Positions 24,412 through 38,372 of a stretch of DNA of 64,000 nt are shown here, piece after piece. Both the position numbers and the translations under genes were made by a program. Each line of letters begins with the position of its first letter. The first letter of the stretch is position 1. The notes under the pieces are model-generated. The model ran no database searches. It saw only the letters and a program-made list of their open reading frames with translations, and was not told the DNA's origin. This DNA is from Octopus sinensis (lineage: Eukaryota): positions 24,800,001 to 24,864,000 of the forward strand of contig NC_042998.1 of NCBI RefSeq assembly GCF_006345805.1. Reading direction: 5' to 3'.

Positions 24412-25220
24412 GGATCTATTCCTTTTGAACGGCACTTTGTAACATAATTTCTAGGTAACTAAAAAGTTTTAAACTTCGTATACTGGTAGAATGTGTTTAT
24501 AAAGCATCATTTTCTCTTGGCTTTATTGAGAAAATTCTATAGGTTGTAAGATATTTTGTCTTTAATTTCGAGCATTTCGGCAATTTTAACCAATTGCTGA
24601 CGTCCATTTAGGTAAATAACATTCCGTGCTGTATGAATATGTCCCTCGTTTAAGTAACAGATTGGGTTTATTTACATTTGTGAAGAAAAAAAGATACCCT
24701 TCCCCAACCCCTAACCCTAACTAACCCTAAATCTAAAATAGATTGAAATGCAATAGATCGATACAAGGGCCATAATTATGGGTGACATTTTCATTTGATA
24801 CCGCTAGAAAAAAATCCCATTTTCCATAGCGGTGTCGTATGAAATTGTCACCCATAATTATAACCCTAGTATCGATCTATTGCATTTCAATCTATTTTAG
24901 ATTTAGGGTGAGAGTTAGGGTTAGGATTAGGGGTGGGGGAAGGGATCTTTTTTCTTCGTAATAAACCCAATCTGTTTCTTAAAGGAGGGACATATTCATT
25001 ATGCACAGAATGTTATTTACCTAAATGGACGTTAGCGATTGGTTAAAATTGCCAAAATGCTCGAAATTAAAGACCAAATATGTTACAACCTATAGAATTT
25101 TCTCAATAAAGCCAAGAAAAGATGATGTTTTATAAACACATTCTACCAGTATACGAAGTTTAAAAGTGTTTAGTTACGTGGAAATTATGTTACAAAGTGC
25201 CGTTCAAAAGGAAAAGATCC
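24412..25220. mobile_element. Foldback MITE, Merlin-like
   Basis: GGATC...GATCC termini, about 400-bp imperfect arms, and an 8-bp TSD TAATACTA (24404-24411, 25221-25228). Confidence 0.85.
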
Positions 25221-25499
25221 TAATACTATCCATATATAAGAAACTCCCATATTTTTTAACCTAATCTTTGACAAAAAATGTTTCCTTATACATGTTAAAA
25301 TACGGTAATTATTAATATAATTATAATTATATTTTTATAATTATATACCTAAAAATTCATATATATATATATTTATCTGTGGGAGGTTTTGGTATCCAGA
25401 AGACCCAAAATCATATATATATTATTTTGTTTATTAGCTCTGCCCATGTTGGAGATCACCAACTGGATAGATAGATAGATAGATAGATAGATACATACA

Positions 25500-25535
<36 letters not shown>

Positions 25536-25588
25536 TATATATTTATATAAATATCCAAATATAGATATGCATGTGTGGTGTCTATGTA

Positions 25589-25810
25589 TGAGGGGGTGCT
25601 GAAAAGTTCCTGGCTTTAAGGGTATCACGAAAGACCTGTTTGGAGATCCAACCTTCTGAGTTCTTTTACAGGGATTAGTAAAAGTGAAGGGCAGCTGCAA
25701 TAAGTGTGTGAATCTGAGAGGGGAATATGTTGCATAAAATCATTATCAACTGATATGATCCTCTTGCATTTTCTTTTACCCAAAGCCAGGAATTCTTCAG
25801 CACTCCTTTG
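25589..25810. mobile_element. Tc1/mariner-type MITE
   Basis: TA flanks; TIRs TGAGGGGGTGCTGAAAAGTTCCTGGCTTT and AAAGCCAGGAATTCTTCAGCACTCCTTTG; partial second copy at about 43325-43540. Confidence 0.8.
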
Positions 25811-25841
25811 TATATATTAGCCTAGAAAAGAAAGACTAGCC

Positions 25842-26041
25842 TCTTTTACTCTTTTACTTGTTTCAGTCATTTGACTGCGGCCATGCTGGAGCACCGCCTT
25901 TAGTCGAGCAAATCAACCCCGGGACTTATTCTTTGTAAGACCAGTACTTATTCTATCGGTCTCTTTTGCCGAACCGCTAAGTGACACCAGCATCGGTTGT
26001 CAAGCAATGCTAGGGGGACAAACACATACACACAAACACAC

Positions 26042-26094
<53 letters not shown>

Positions 26095-26268
26095 TACGAC
26101 AGGCTTCTTTCAGTTTCCGTCTACCAAATCCACTCACAAGGCATTGTTCGGCCTGGGGCTATAGCAGAAGACACTTGCCCAAGATGCCCAAGATGCCACA
26201 CAGTGGGACTGAACCCGGAACCCTGTGGTTGGTTAGCAAGCTACTTACCACACAGCCACTCCTGCGCC
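25842..26268 (-). mobile_element. SINE family C
   Basis: Full-length homologue. Confidence 0.85.
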
Positions 26269-26409
26269 TCTGTATTTATATTTGTCAGGAATTAGCTAAT
26301 GATTCATTTCAATGGTACTCAGAATTTGTTGCATATGTCAGTGTACATTTACAGTAATTTAAGGCACAGTTTGATGATATCATTTCATGAAAATATTATT
26401 ACCTGAACA

Positions 26410-26635
26410 AGAAGTGGCTGTGCGGTAAGTAGCTTGCTTACCAGCCACATGGTTCTGGATTCAGTCCCACTGCATGGCATCTTAGGTAAGTGTCTTCTAC
26501 TATAAGTCTTGGGTCAATCAAATCTTTGTGAGTGGATTTGGTAGATGGAAACTGAAAGAAGCCCGTTGCATATATATATATATATATATACATATATATA
26601 AATATATATATATACATATATATATATATACACAC

Positions 26636-26682
<47 letters not shown>

Positions 26683-27085
26683 ATATATATATATACATAT
26701 AGGCTGTGTGGTAAGTAGCTTGATTACCAACCACATGGTTCTGGGTTCAGTCCCACTGCATGGTACCTTGGGCAAGTGTCTTCTACCATAGTCTTGGGCC
26801 AACCAAAGCCTTGTGAGAGGATTTGGTAGATGTAAACTGAAAAGAAACCTGCATATATGTGTGTGTGTGTGTGTGTGTTTTCTCGTGTGTCTGTGTTTGT
26901 CCCTCACTGTCACTTGATAACTGGTGCTGGTGTATTTACATCCCAGTAACCTAGCGGCTTAGCAGAAGAGACCGATAAAATAAGTAGTAGGCTTACAAAG
27001 AATAAGTCCTAGGTTCAATTCGTTCAACTAAAAGCTGTGCTCCAGCATGGCCACAGTCAAATAACTGGAACAAGTAAAAGAGTAA
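26410..27085 (+). mobile_element. SINE family C with duplicated head
   Basis: Head at 26410-26570 and again from 26700, followed by the tail. Confidence 0.8.
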
Positions 27086-28592
27086 AAGATTAGAAAAACC
27101 ATAGGTTTTCTCGTACACATGTGCATACATTTAAGTAGCACCGGAAGGTATCTTAAACTGATTTCTAATATACACAATACACACACACTGACACTGACAC
27201 ACACATGCACAGACACATTTGCATATACACACGGACGTTAAATGATGATGATGATGATACATGAGATATATGTATAAAATGACCGAATATTTATGTATTC
27301 TGTGAAGACTTGTCTGACAATGAAGACATATTACCTTGCTTGGAAAGAGGTGAGGTTTGGGTACAAGAAGGGCACCCGGCTGTAGAAGACCTGCCTCAGT
27401 TAAAATTCATCTGACCCATGCAGTCATGGAAAAGTAGATGTTAAAACGATGATGATGATGATGACTATGATGATGAATATATACATATCAGCAGATGCGT
27501 ATATGTATTCAAGCACTTCTTACAGTCTCTATTTCACACACACACGCACACACACATGTAATAACATACACACATGCACACATACATACACACATATATG
27601 TACACTGACACACATATATACACACACATTTGGGCACACACAGACACACTCACACACACACACATGCGCACATGCACACACACATACGTACACTGACAAA
27701 CAGGCACACACATGTGCACACACTTACACAAACACACACACGTACAAAAGCACAAACACTCATCTATAATTAAAGGTATTTCTTTCTTCACCTTCTCATC
27801 TTTCTGTGTGTGTGTGTGTGTGGAAATTTATGTGAGAGTGATTTGCATCTTAAGTGGTATGTATATTGATTTCATGGCTAGATCCGGCGGGAAAACAATA
27901 TCCTGCCAACAAATACTAGAATTTTTGTTCTACTAAGTGTTTCTTTTGTCCCTGACAACATATATTTGCTTTGCTTAGCAATAAATTATATATCATTTCC
28001 AAAACAACTTAATTTCAACTGTCAGAATTCTGATAGCATCTATTTGTTGTGAAGTTTCATTTCTGCTTTACATTTCATTTTAATTTATTATCATTATTAA
28101 TATTTTTATTACTATCATCATCATCATCATCATCATCTCTGTTTCTTTCTTTTTTTTTAACTATTAATAATATACAGAAGATGATAAATTTATTAACTGG
28201 TTGAACACTGACTTTGAAATTTTTATGCAAATAATAGGCTAGTTGCAGTATTTTTCTGAGTTTTTCATGTTTTTTTGTGTGTGTATATATATATGTATAT
28301 ATATATATATATTATATATATATATAAAGAATATTTCCTAAAATGTAAAATTTACTATTTGGAGAGGGATTACAGAAAGAGATATAATGTGATTGAATTT
28401 TCTGATTGTATTATTGGAAACTGCTGATTATAGTAAATAGTTTCTGATTTATATAAATTAATGTTGATTAAAGCACATATAACGACTTCATTTTATGAAT
28501 TTGTTGAAATTATCTTGTTGCACATATCCACAATAATTCCACAGCATCCAGCAAAACTTTATTTCATAAAATTTGCCATGACGGCATTAAAA

Positions 28593-28842
28593 ATGTTCCT
28601 TCTCGAGCCATGCCAGGCTCGTAAGGGCCAGTTTCCCAGTTTCAGTGGTGTAGAAATTCCCCACCTGGACAGGACGCCGGTTCATCACTGGATTACTCGT
28701 TTTTGCCAGGTGAGTGGACTGGAGCAATGTGAAATGAAGTGTCTTACTCAAGAACAAAATGCATTGCCCGGTCCAGGAATCGAAACCACAACCTTACGAT
28801 CATGAGTTCAACACCCTAACCACTAAGCCACATGCCACCCAC
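28593..28842 (-). mobile_element. SINE, head B / tail X
   Basis: Head homologous to 1650-1908 and tail to 1410-1462; flanked by duplicated CAGCATCCAGCAAAACTT. Confidence 0.8.
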
Positions 28843-29166
28843 CAGCATCCAGCAAAACTTATTCCTTAGAAAACATTCTTGGTTGTACATATATAGAGTA
28901 TGTGTTTGCTTCAACGATGAGGAGTTCTTTAACACTTGACATCGTGTAGGGATCTTTCCTGGGATGCTATCCTGCAGTAAATTTTGTGTATAAACAAAAC
29001 ATACACTATGTATGCGTGACCAATAATGTTTATATTATTAGAGCTGCTTTTAATTTGTAATTTAATTTTCTTTCATGTGTGCTATGCCTCAGCACATCAA
29101 TAAATAAATTTCATTCTATTTCCATATAAGTCACAGATCAGCAATTCACTTCAGATATGACCCAAA

Positions 29167-29557
29167 TCTCTCTCTATATAAAGCTGAAGTTGTCTGTGTG
29201 TGGCAGGTTTGGTAGCCTTCAACTAACACTATTTCCTCTGAGACCCCGCGGAGCAAATTGATCAAATTTAAGAGAATGATAGAAGAAGGCTTGCTCTTCA
29301 TTCCGTAGAAGAAAAACTTCAAATTGGACCATGCTAATACCAAAAATTATTTACATAAAAAAGGTGCTTTTTTTCTATGAAAATCCCTATTTTTACGAGT
29401 CTTTGACTGCTCTGTCGCCATTTTTCAGTGTATTTCAACCAGAAAAATGTTCACTTAAAGAGAATAACAAGCTACATAATGCAACATTTTTATTTTTCAA
29501 AAATTCCAATTCTAAAGGGTCGAAACAAACCCGAGCAATGCCGGGCAACACTGCTAG
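29167..29557 (+). mobile_element. Non-autonomous Helitron
   Basis: A^TC start, subterminal hairpin CCCGAGCAATGCCGGG, CTAG^T end, no TSD; same family as 34973-35361. Confidence 0.85.
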
Positions 29558-30162
29558 TACATGATATTGGTAAGTCACAATAATGGTGAAATATTGGTAT
29601 CTGCCATCCTCAGTGATTCCAAAGTGAGTTGTCTCACCTAACCTGTAGCATCCAGGTGTTCTTTAACTCTTAGCATCATGTTCTCCAGATGCTATTCCTT
29701 AGCAAATTTGGCATATAAACAAAACACACACTATGTCTGTGCATCCAATAATGCTTATATTACTAGACCTGCTTTTTATTCATCATCTGATTTTCTTTCA
29801 TGCATGCTCTGCCTCAGCAGATGAGCAAATAGACCTCACTCTATTTGCAATAAGTAATAAACCAGAGATTCACTTCATTTCAAGAAGATCGAAGTACATA
29901 ATAATGGCAAAATATCAGTATCTACCATTCTTGGTGATTCTGAATTGAGTTGTCTCCCCTGGTCTATGACAATCGGGTGTCTTTAACGCTATAGTTTTCA
30001 GATTACTTCATGAAATTTAATGCCTATTTATTCCCATAATTTTGAATTAACCCCTGCACTGTTTTGCTGCTTTAAGATTTCAATGATATGATTCTATATT
30101 GTTAGAATGACATTGCAGGATAGGTGTGAGAGGTCAGATCGGGCCAGTTTGAACATAAAATC

Positions 30163-30545
30163 TTCCATGCTAGCATGGGTTGGACGATTTGACTGAGGAC
30201 TGGCGAACCAGATGGCTGCACCAGGATCCAATCTGATCTGGCAGAGTTTCCACAGCTGGATGCCCTTCCTAACGCCAACCACTCCGAGAGTGTAGTGGAT
30301 GCTTTTACGTGCCACGGGCACGAGGGCCAGTCTGGTGGTACTGGCAACGGCCACACTCAAAATGGTGTTTTTTATGTGCCACCTGCATAGAAGTCAGTCC
30401 AGTGGCACTGGTAACGACCTCGCTCAAATGTTTTGTTCAAGTGCCACCGGCACAAGTGCCAGTAAGGTGACACTGGTAACAATCACGCTCAAATGGTGCT
30501 TTTTACGTGCCACCGGCATGGAAGCCAGACCGCTCGGATGGGGCT
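30163..30545 (-). mobile_element. Family E copy
   Basis: Conserved tail plus about four units. Confidence 0.8.
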
Positions 30546-30931
30546 GTTAGCGCTCCTGTTAGAATAAATATTCTACCTATGGCCAGTTTAAAAGCTAAAG
30601 GGTTAACACTTGGCGTTGTGTCAGGAATTTTACCCAGACACTATCTCACAGCAAGTTCAGCACATAAACAAAACATACACCACATACACTATGTATGATG
30701 TGAAACTGATAATGTTTATGTTACCAGAACTACTTTTAATTTGTAATCTAATTTTATTCCCTAGAGCTTATCTATGATTGCGTTCTTTACTTAACCTCAA
30801 TATTATCCAATCAACATGCAAAGGAACAATAAAAAGAATCTGCAGCAAGCGAAATAGCAACAACAGCAATATATTTCGTGTCATTAATTTCAATTTAAGT
30901 GAAAAGCTAAATACAAGATGGACAACAGATA

Positions 30932-31316
30932 TCTCTCTCTATATAAACGGCAGTTTGTCTGTGCGTGTTTCTGTGTGTCTGTTTTCTCGTACCCTCACTC
31001 TGACCACGGCTTTCAACTGATTCTGATGAAACTTGACACACACATAGCCCAATGTCATAATTCAAAACTAACGCAGCAAAAATTTTGAAAAGCTCCCCCA
31101 GTTCTGAAAAAAATCGATAAATTCGACATGGGGTCGAGAATCAGAAACCCAAACCACAGACCGTCTAGGGGACGCAACTCCACCTTTTTTAACTCTCAAA
31201 AAAAATTTACCATCATTTTTTTCCCATTTTTTTGCTATTTTTTGGCTATAACTCTCTAAAAATGCTTTATAGTTATTTCCCTTACAAACCCAAGCAACGC
31301 CGGGCGATACTGCTAG
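30932..31316 (+). mobile_element. Non-autonomous Helitron (different internal sequence)
   Basis: A^TCTCTCTCTATATAAA start; CCCAAGCAACGCCGGG hairpin; CTAG^T end. Confidence 0.85.
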
Positions 31317-31612
31317 TCTTGAATAGATCGTATGTTTTAATTTATGTTTCTGTTATTGGTTGCAATGCTGTATTTGCCATCTGACAAATCTTGATAAACT
31401 TAAATTAAACCTGTTAATTTCCATAAATGTGATTATTTATCCATTATGAATGAATGAATATTAATTTTGACTTTTATTTGTAACATTAATCTAAACAATT
31501 ACATGGCTGTGGGGTAAGAAGTTTTCTTCTCAACCACATCGTTCTGGGTTCACTCCCACTCTATGTGTGTGAATGTGTGCTTGTGTGTGTGTGAAAACTT
31601 CTCCAGACTATT

Positions 31613-31898
31613 TTTTATTTATTTATGTGCCCTTTTCAAGCCTAGCCAGGCTCATGGGCCGTTTCCCGGTTTTTGTGGCCAGTCCATCGCAGCATTACTC
31701 AAGAAACAGGAAGAAAGAGTGAGAGAAATTTGGGGCGAAAGAGTACAACAGGGGTCGCCACCACCCCCTGCTGGAGCCTCGTGTAGCTTTAGGTGTTTTC
31801 ACTCAATAAACACACACAACGCCCGGACTGGGAATCGAAACTGTGATCCTCTGACTACGAGTCCGCTGCCCTAACCACTGGGCCATTGCGCCTCCGTC
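31613..31898 (-). mobile_element. SINE, head A / tail Y, with 13-bp TSD
   Basis: TCTCCAGACTATT at 31600-31612 and 31899-31911. Confidence 0.85.
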
Positions 31899-31919
31899 TC
31901 TCCAGACTATTGCTAAAGT

Positions 31920-32940
31920 ATTTACCCACAAAACCAATTATTACTGGTATAGATGTGAATTTATACTCTGGAGATAAAAGTTGGTGGTTTCAAAGCAATT
32001 GTCCACAGTTATTCTCCTCTTACATTTTCAAAAAGACATTCCCATCAGCAGGACAGCTGACTCCTATGACATCACATACTTTTTCTTGTCTGACCCAAAC
32101 AACAATATTCAGCCTATGAGGTTGACACTTAGCTGATGTTTTGAAAGGAATCTTCCACCAGTATTCCTTGTATCGATGTTTGTATATGTATTCAATAACA
32201 GGAGGTTTCTCTATATTTATTCCAGGGCAGTCTTTTTTGTTTTGAATAAGCATTGTATATTGTTTTTGTGACACCATCATGTTGCATAGGGAGGTAGATC
32301 CTTAATGACATTTTGGGAGCAATTGTTAATCACTTGTGATGTCTTCCACAAAAATATGACAATCTACATTTTTGGTCACATCTTGGACCTTCAAGTGCTT
32401 CAGTGTCTCATTTGTATTTCGTAGCAATCTCCTGTTCTTGGCTTGCAAATGCAGAGCCTTCAAAGTGTGATGTGGTGTAGCGATCACAAGTCCAAGAGAA
32501 GCTGTGTTTCATATAGATATTAGTATTCAAGTCTTCAAGAAACATACTCACGTATTATCTATTTTTGATATGCTGAATGTTTCACATCTAGGTCTTCCTT
32601 GATGCATATTTGTCTGGCTGTTTTGGGGGTTGCATGGGAGATCAAGAGGAAGAGAGGGCTTCCTGAGGAGCTCTTTGCCGACGTGAGCTCCTCATGTTTT
32701 CACTTTTCAGCATAAAATTAATGTATTTATTTTTGGTGCTGCTGTTTTGGAAGAACTGTTTGAGAGAGAGACAATATGACATTTGAAGATTGTCAGCATG
32801 GATCTCAAGCCTCTACCTCCTTCAGCTCTTCTCAGGTAGAGCCTGTCAATATCATTAATTCTGTGGAGTTTTCCAGTTGATGTCAATATCTTGTGAGCTT
32901 AACATCAATGGAGTGGATTTCCTATACAGACCAGTCAAGC
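31920..32940 (-). pseudogene. Decayed RLE-type (R4/Dong-like) non-LTR retrotransposon C-terminus
   Basis: DIDRLYLRRAEGGRGL at about 32800-32855 and HRLNIVVW..QEKVCDVIGVSCPADGNV, resembling the RLE NRPD...IDVxCP motif. Confidence 0.7.
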
Positions 32941-33172
32941 ATCTCATATGTATGTATGTATGAATGTATGTATGTATGTATGTACATATGTATGTATGTA
33001 TGTATGCATGTATGTATGCATGTATATATGCATGCATGTATGTATGTATGTATGTACGTATGTATGTATGTATGTATGCATGCATGTATGTATGCATGTA
33101 TGTATGTATAAAGATATTTATCTTTGACTGGGTGGAATACATTTTTGTCAATCCTACTTTAATGGAACAGTA

Positions 33173-33220
<48 letters not shown>

Positions 33221-34972
33221 TCATATATATATATCAATCAGACAGTTGAAATGATATTTATTTCAGTATAACATTGCAACTAGAGTAGTCTTTCCTTTAT
33301 CATCAATAGAATATTAATCTATCCTACTTTATTAAGAACTTGTCTCAGAAATACAGACATGTAATTTTCAAGAGTTGTTGAAAATAAAAACGTCGAAACG
33401 TTTGCTTAGTACGGCGCTGTTTTGTGTTTGACAATCTTTTGAGTAGTTTCAAAGTTATCTTCAGTTTGGGCAAAATGCTTTTAAGCAATGGATATTAATT
33501 TCATTTTTTTGAGTATATTTGTTGAAAAGATGCCAAAAGGAAAATAAAGCACTGATGTAAAATGAAAAGTAATTATTTCGTGATATACACCCAGCATGTC
33601 ATATATTGCTATATTGCTTTATTTCTATCTTGTAACAGAATGTTAGAAGAGAGAAACAATGGTTCTTAAAAAAATAAAACATTGATTTAAAATGCTCTTT
33701 TCAAAATCATTTAATTTTGCTTTCAGAGAAATGTTAACATTTGTTGGAGACAAGCATAAATTCCTTGTAAAAGAAAACAACTTATGACTGACTTCATGAG
33801 TATATTAATAATATTAAGGATATTTTTCTACAAGAGTAGACTAAATTACTTGAAAAGTCATCAAACTAATCAATTTTATTTTATGTGTTGTGCACATTAA
33901 AACTAGATAAATCAGATTTATTTAGAAATATTTGAAATATTTATATATACATTTATTCTATGAAATAATAAAAAAAAAAATATTTTTTCATTTCATTGCT
34001 TTGTTTATCATTGCTTTTGTGCCTGGCAAAATCAAATATTTCAAGAAAAGATATCACATATGACTTGTCTAACATGATATATTGATCTTGGGAACACACA
34101 TGATTGTGGAATGTAAATTATGTCTACTAAGTTATTCAGAAACATGATAGAATATTTCGAAGCTGGAAACCATAGGTGTATATATTAGAATTGACAGCTG
34201 TCATAAAAGGATGAAGTGTTAGAGAGAAATAATTCACGAAAGCTGAATGTTGTTCACTGTAGATAGTACAGTGTTTGTTTCTCATGTATTTCTTTGCAAA
34301 TCATAATCTAAAATATTAAGTTCTGTCTATCTCTGAAATTTAATCTTTAAATAGTGTTAGATTATGTTGATAATATTTAAGATTTCTCTTGGTAATTCCT
34401 GTTATATCAACTTATTTTCTTGTTAATATTTAATCAAGGCCTCATTGCAATACTGTATATATATTAGTGGAGTAATAATCAATACAGTATTGCTTCAGGA
34501 AACTAACACAATGGAAAAGAAGCTTACAAATGCCCCAGTTAGAATGTTAACGCTTTGCTAGTTTTGAATTTAGGCATAACGAAAATAAAGCTATAATTTC
34601 CCATTGGTATAAATATATATGTAATTATAGAAACTCATTTATTAATTGTGAATGAGTATATAATATATATATAAGGAATTGTTCTTTGTCAGATTCATAC
34701 AGCCTTTAATTCATTTGTTTGTATATCTTTTGGCAGTTTTCCTGCATGCTGAAAAATCATTACTGCATAGTTCTTACAGCATTAGATTCTGAAGTAATAT
34801 GCTGAAGGTACATGTATAACCCTAGAAATTTTTCAGTATAACAATTCTATAGCTAAAAGACAGTTTTAAAACCAAACCATTTTTGGAGATATGCTGATAA
34901 TTCTGCCGCTTGGCTGGATATTTGTCTTCAGTATTAAAGCTGATGGTGTTAGTGAATCTCTCAAGACCTTAA

Positions 34973-35361
34973 TCTCTATATATATAAAGCTGAAGTTGTC
35001 TGTGTATGGCAGGTTTGGTAGCCTTCAACTAACACTATCACCTCCGAGACCCTGCGGTGCAAGTTGACCAAAATTGAGAGTATGATAGAAGGTTTGCGCT
35101 TCCTTCCGTAGAAGAAAAAATTCAAATCGGACCATGTTAACACCAAAAATTATTTAGATCAAAAAGGTGCTTTTTTTCTTTGAAAATCTCTATTTTTTTT
35201 TTTATGATTTTTTGACTGCTGTGTCGCCATTTTTCGGTGTATTTCAACCAGAAGTTCACTTAAAGAGAATAACAAGCTACATAATGCAAAATTTTTACTT
35301 TTCAAAAATTCCAATTCTAAAGGGTCGAAACAAACCCGAGAACGCTGGGCGATTCTGCTAG
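34973..35361 (+). mobile_element. Non-autonomous Helitron
   Basis: TC...CTAG termini at an A^T site; homologous to 29167-29557. Confidence 0.85.
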
Positions 35362-35716
35362 TTTTTATATATTTTAGAGGGGAAAATATCTGCAGAATCC
35401 TCTTTGAGGAGTTAATCAGGTTTGTTACAAGTGAATATTTGAACAATGCATGCACTTGATCACTGAGTTATTTCAGCCACTAAGTGATGTGGACAACTTC
35501 AGAAGGAAACTAAATGACAAAACTTCAAAATAAACCTCGAATGACATTTCTTAACAATTTCTCAAAAATGGATTTAAACTTCAGCAAATATCACAAGTAG
35601 ATATGGAATGGTTCAATTGTTTTGTGATAAATTTGGTCACCATGAAACTGATTCCTGTTCTTTTTGGTATAGATACAGTATCCAAAAATAGCAATAGTTG
35701 AAGGAATTTATTTAAT

Positions 35717-37200
35717 ATAGACGTAGGAGTGGCTGTGTGGTAAGTAGCTTCCTTACCAACCACATGGTTCCGGGTTCAGTCCCACTGCATGGCACCTTGG
35801 GCAAGTGTCTTCTACTACAGCCTCGGGCCAACCAAAGCCTTGTGAGTGGATTTTGTAGACGGAAACTGAAAGAAGCACATCGTATATATGTATATGTGTG
35901 TGTGTGTGTTTGTGTGTCTGTTTGTCCCCCCAACAACGCTTGACAACCGATGCTGGTGTGTTTATGTCCCCATAACTTAGCAGTTCAGCAAAAGAGACCA
36001 ATAGAATAATAATAATAATAATAATAATAATTGTGTACAGTGCTCAGGTGCACTACAACTCATCTAAAGTGTATATATAATCAGGTGTAGTTTCGGCGGA
36101 TTTCGGAAAGCATGAGGGCCTTAAAAGATGCAGTGTCATGGCAGTCAACAACTGACGCAGGCAGTTTATTCCATGCTTCAGCAACTCTGAGCGTGAAAAA
36201 ATGTTCCGAAAGTCATGGGAGCTGTATTGTTTTCTGACTTTGTAGGCATGTCCACGTGTGTTAGACACATGGAGATCAAAAAGTTCAGTGTTGTTGTTGG
36301 TGAGGGGTTGATAACTTTGTGGGTGTTTACCAAGTCCGTCGCCAAACGCCGGGAGCTTCAGTGAATCCATGCCCAGGGAAACAAGGTGCTCAGAATATGG
36401 TAGGTGTCTGATGGAGGGTATGCGTTTGGTTGCACGTCTCTGGACAGATTCCAGGAGGTCAATGTTCTGTGCAAGATAGGGGTTCCAAACTGATGATGCG
36501 AATTCCAAGTGTGGTCGTACCATAGCTGTATACAGTTTTTAAATAGATGGCTGGAGAGCGGCTAACAAAAGACCTGCTGAGTGATGCCAAGACACCCTCG
36601 GCCTTCCTGACAATCTTAGAGATATGCTTTGACCAACGCAAATCACTGCTGACAGTGATGCCTAGGTCACGCTCGCAAGAGGATTTCTTGATATCAGTGT
36701 TGTGGAGGGAGTAAGTGAACGCAGGGTTTTTTCTCCCAAAATGCATGGTGGTACACTTGTCCACAGCCAGTTTCAGTTGCCAGTCTGTGATCCATTGCTG
36801 CATTGGGTCTAGGTCTGATTGCAGGAAAGAGTGTAGACATCAGGATCTGTCCTCTTGATTTCAAGGTACAGCTTGATGTCGTCTGCATATTTCAATACTG
36901 TGGCATTCTTTAAATTGGCATCTATGTCGTTAATGTATGCCACAAACAAGAGGGGACCAAGGACAGATCCCTGTGGTACACCCGATGACATCTCATATGG
37001 TGTAGAGTGCTGTCCTAGAACTGTGACTACCTCCTTTCGGCTGAGGATGAAGGATTTCAACCAGTTAAAAAGGTCATCCCCCACACCCATTACAAAGAAT
37101 AAGTCCTGGGGTCGATTTGCTCAACTAAAAAGGCAATGATACAGCATGGCCACAGTCAAATGACTGAAACAAGTAAAAGAGTAGAAGAGTAAAAGAGTAA
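35717..37200 (+). mobile_element. SINE family C split by a CR1 insertion
   Basis: 5' part 35717-36008 and 3' part 37091-37200 are collinear with intact copies. Confidence 0.85.
36009..37090 (-). mobile_element. 5'-truncated CR1-clade LINE, second copy
   Basis: Nearly identical to 20621-21707; PQGSVLGP and YADD motifs; (TTA)n tail. Confidence 0.92.
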
Positions 37201-38337
37201 TTTGGGCAGAATTTGATTCATCTTCACAATAGGCCAATATTTTTCCTGTTGATTCTGCCTAGACTTACCAAATTTTTGTCTCAATAGTTGTCATTTTCAT
37301 CTTCCTGCTAACAACACAATTAGCAAGACAGCTAAAGACTATTTCGAACCTGGCCAATATAAAATAAAACAGTAACTGCACAAAAAAATGCTATCTAACA
37401 TGATTTGCTTCCCTAAATCTTTGTGCTTCGTCTAGGACTACTCCGTATGTGTGTGTGTGTGGTGTGTATGTGTGTCTTTGTGTGTGTATGTGTGTGCATG
37501 TGTCTATATGAATGTGTACTGTATCTGCTGAGCTGTAGCAAAAGTAGGGATCCTTTGCAGCTCAGCTATATAAAGTAACTTCACTGTTTGTAACTAGCCA
37601 ACAACTGGGGGTGTTTGTTTATACTTCTTGTCAAGAAATCATTTGCTAGCTTTGTGCTTTCAAAGCTATCTGGAAAAAAAAATATTCTTTACCTGAAAAA
37701 TAGATAAGGTTTAGTGACAGGTAGTTCATCCAACTGTAAGAATCCTAACGCAAATACCTTCCCCATCTAAAGCATGTTAGCACGGAAAAATATGTTAAAC
37801 AAACAATACATACACATACATGCAATGCACACACACACACACATGTATGCATGCACGTGCACACATGCATGCACAAACACAAATAATGTATCCATGTGTA
37901 TAGGTGTGTGTATGTAGGTATATGTTGGTACATACCTTAATTCCATCATGGAATTTTTCATTGAATGTTTTGCTTTTTTTGGTAATGGCTATCTACGGTA
38001 TGAAGCTCATTGTAGAGATGTTAAAAATCAAGTGATGACCTGTGTTTGAAGCTTTTTAAAATAAAGAAAGGCCTTGCACAGGGTCCAAAAACAGACAAAA
38101 CAATTACTAAAAAAATCCCTGATGTAATGAAGGTGTGTATAAATGTGGATGGGTAGTTCTCTAAATACTTACATTAACAAGTAGCCATTGCTGCTACATG
38201 TGTGCAAGAGAATATTGGTCACATTTGTGTTGTTCATTCAGGATATTAATTAAACAACATTGCTATTGCTGGAAATCAAATTTTATAGCACCGTGTATAC
38301 GTGGATATCGATATATATGTGCATGTGTACCTGGATA

Positions 38338-38372
<35 letters not shown>

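Noticed and set aside
24705-24935. Interstitial telomere or fusion site
   Set aside because: Only a few degenerate units, located within the arms of a TSD-flanked MITE.
34736-34960. Pair of spliced exons
   Set aside because: The implied intron is only about 30 nt and the frames contain stops.
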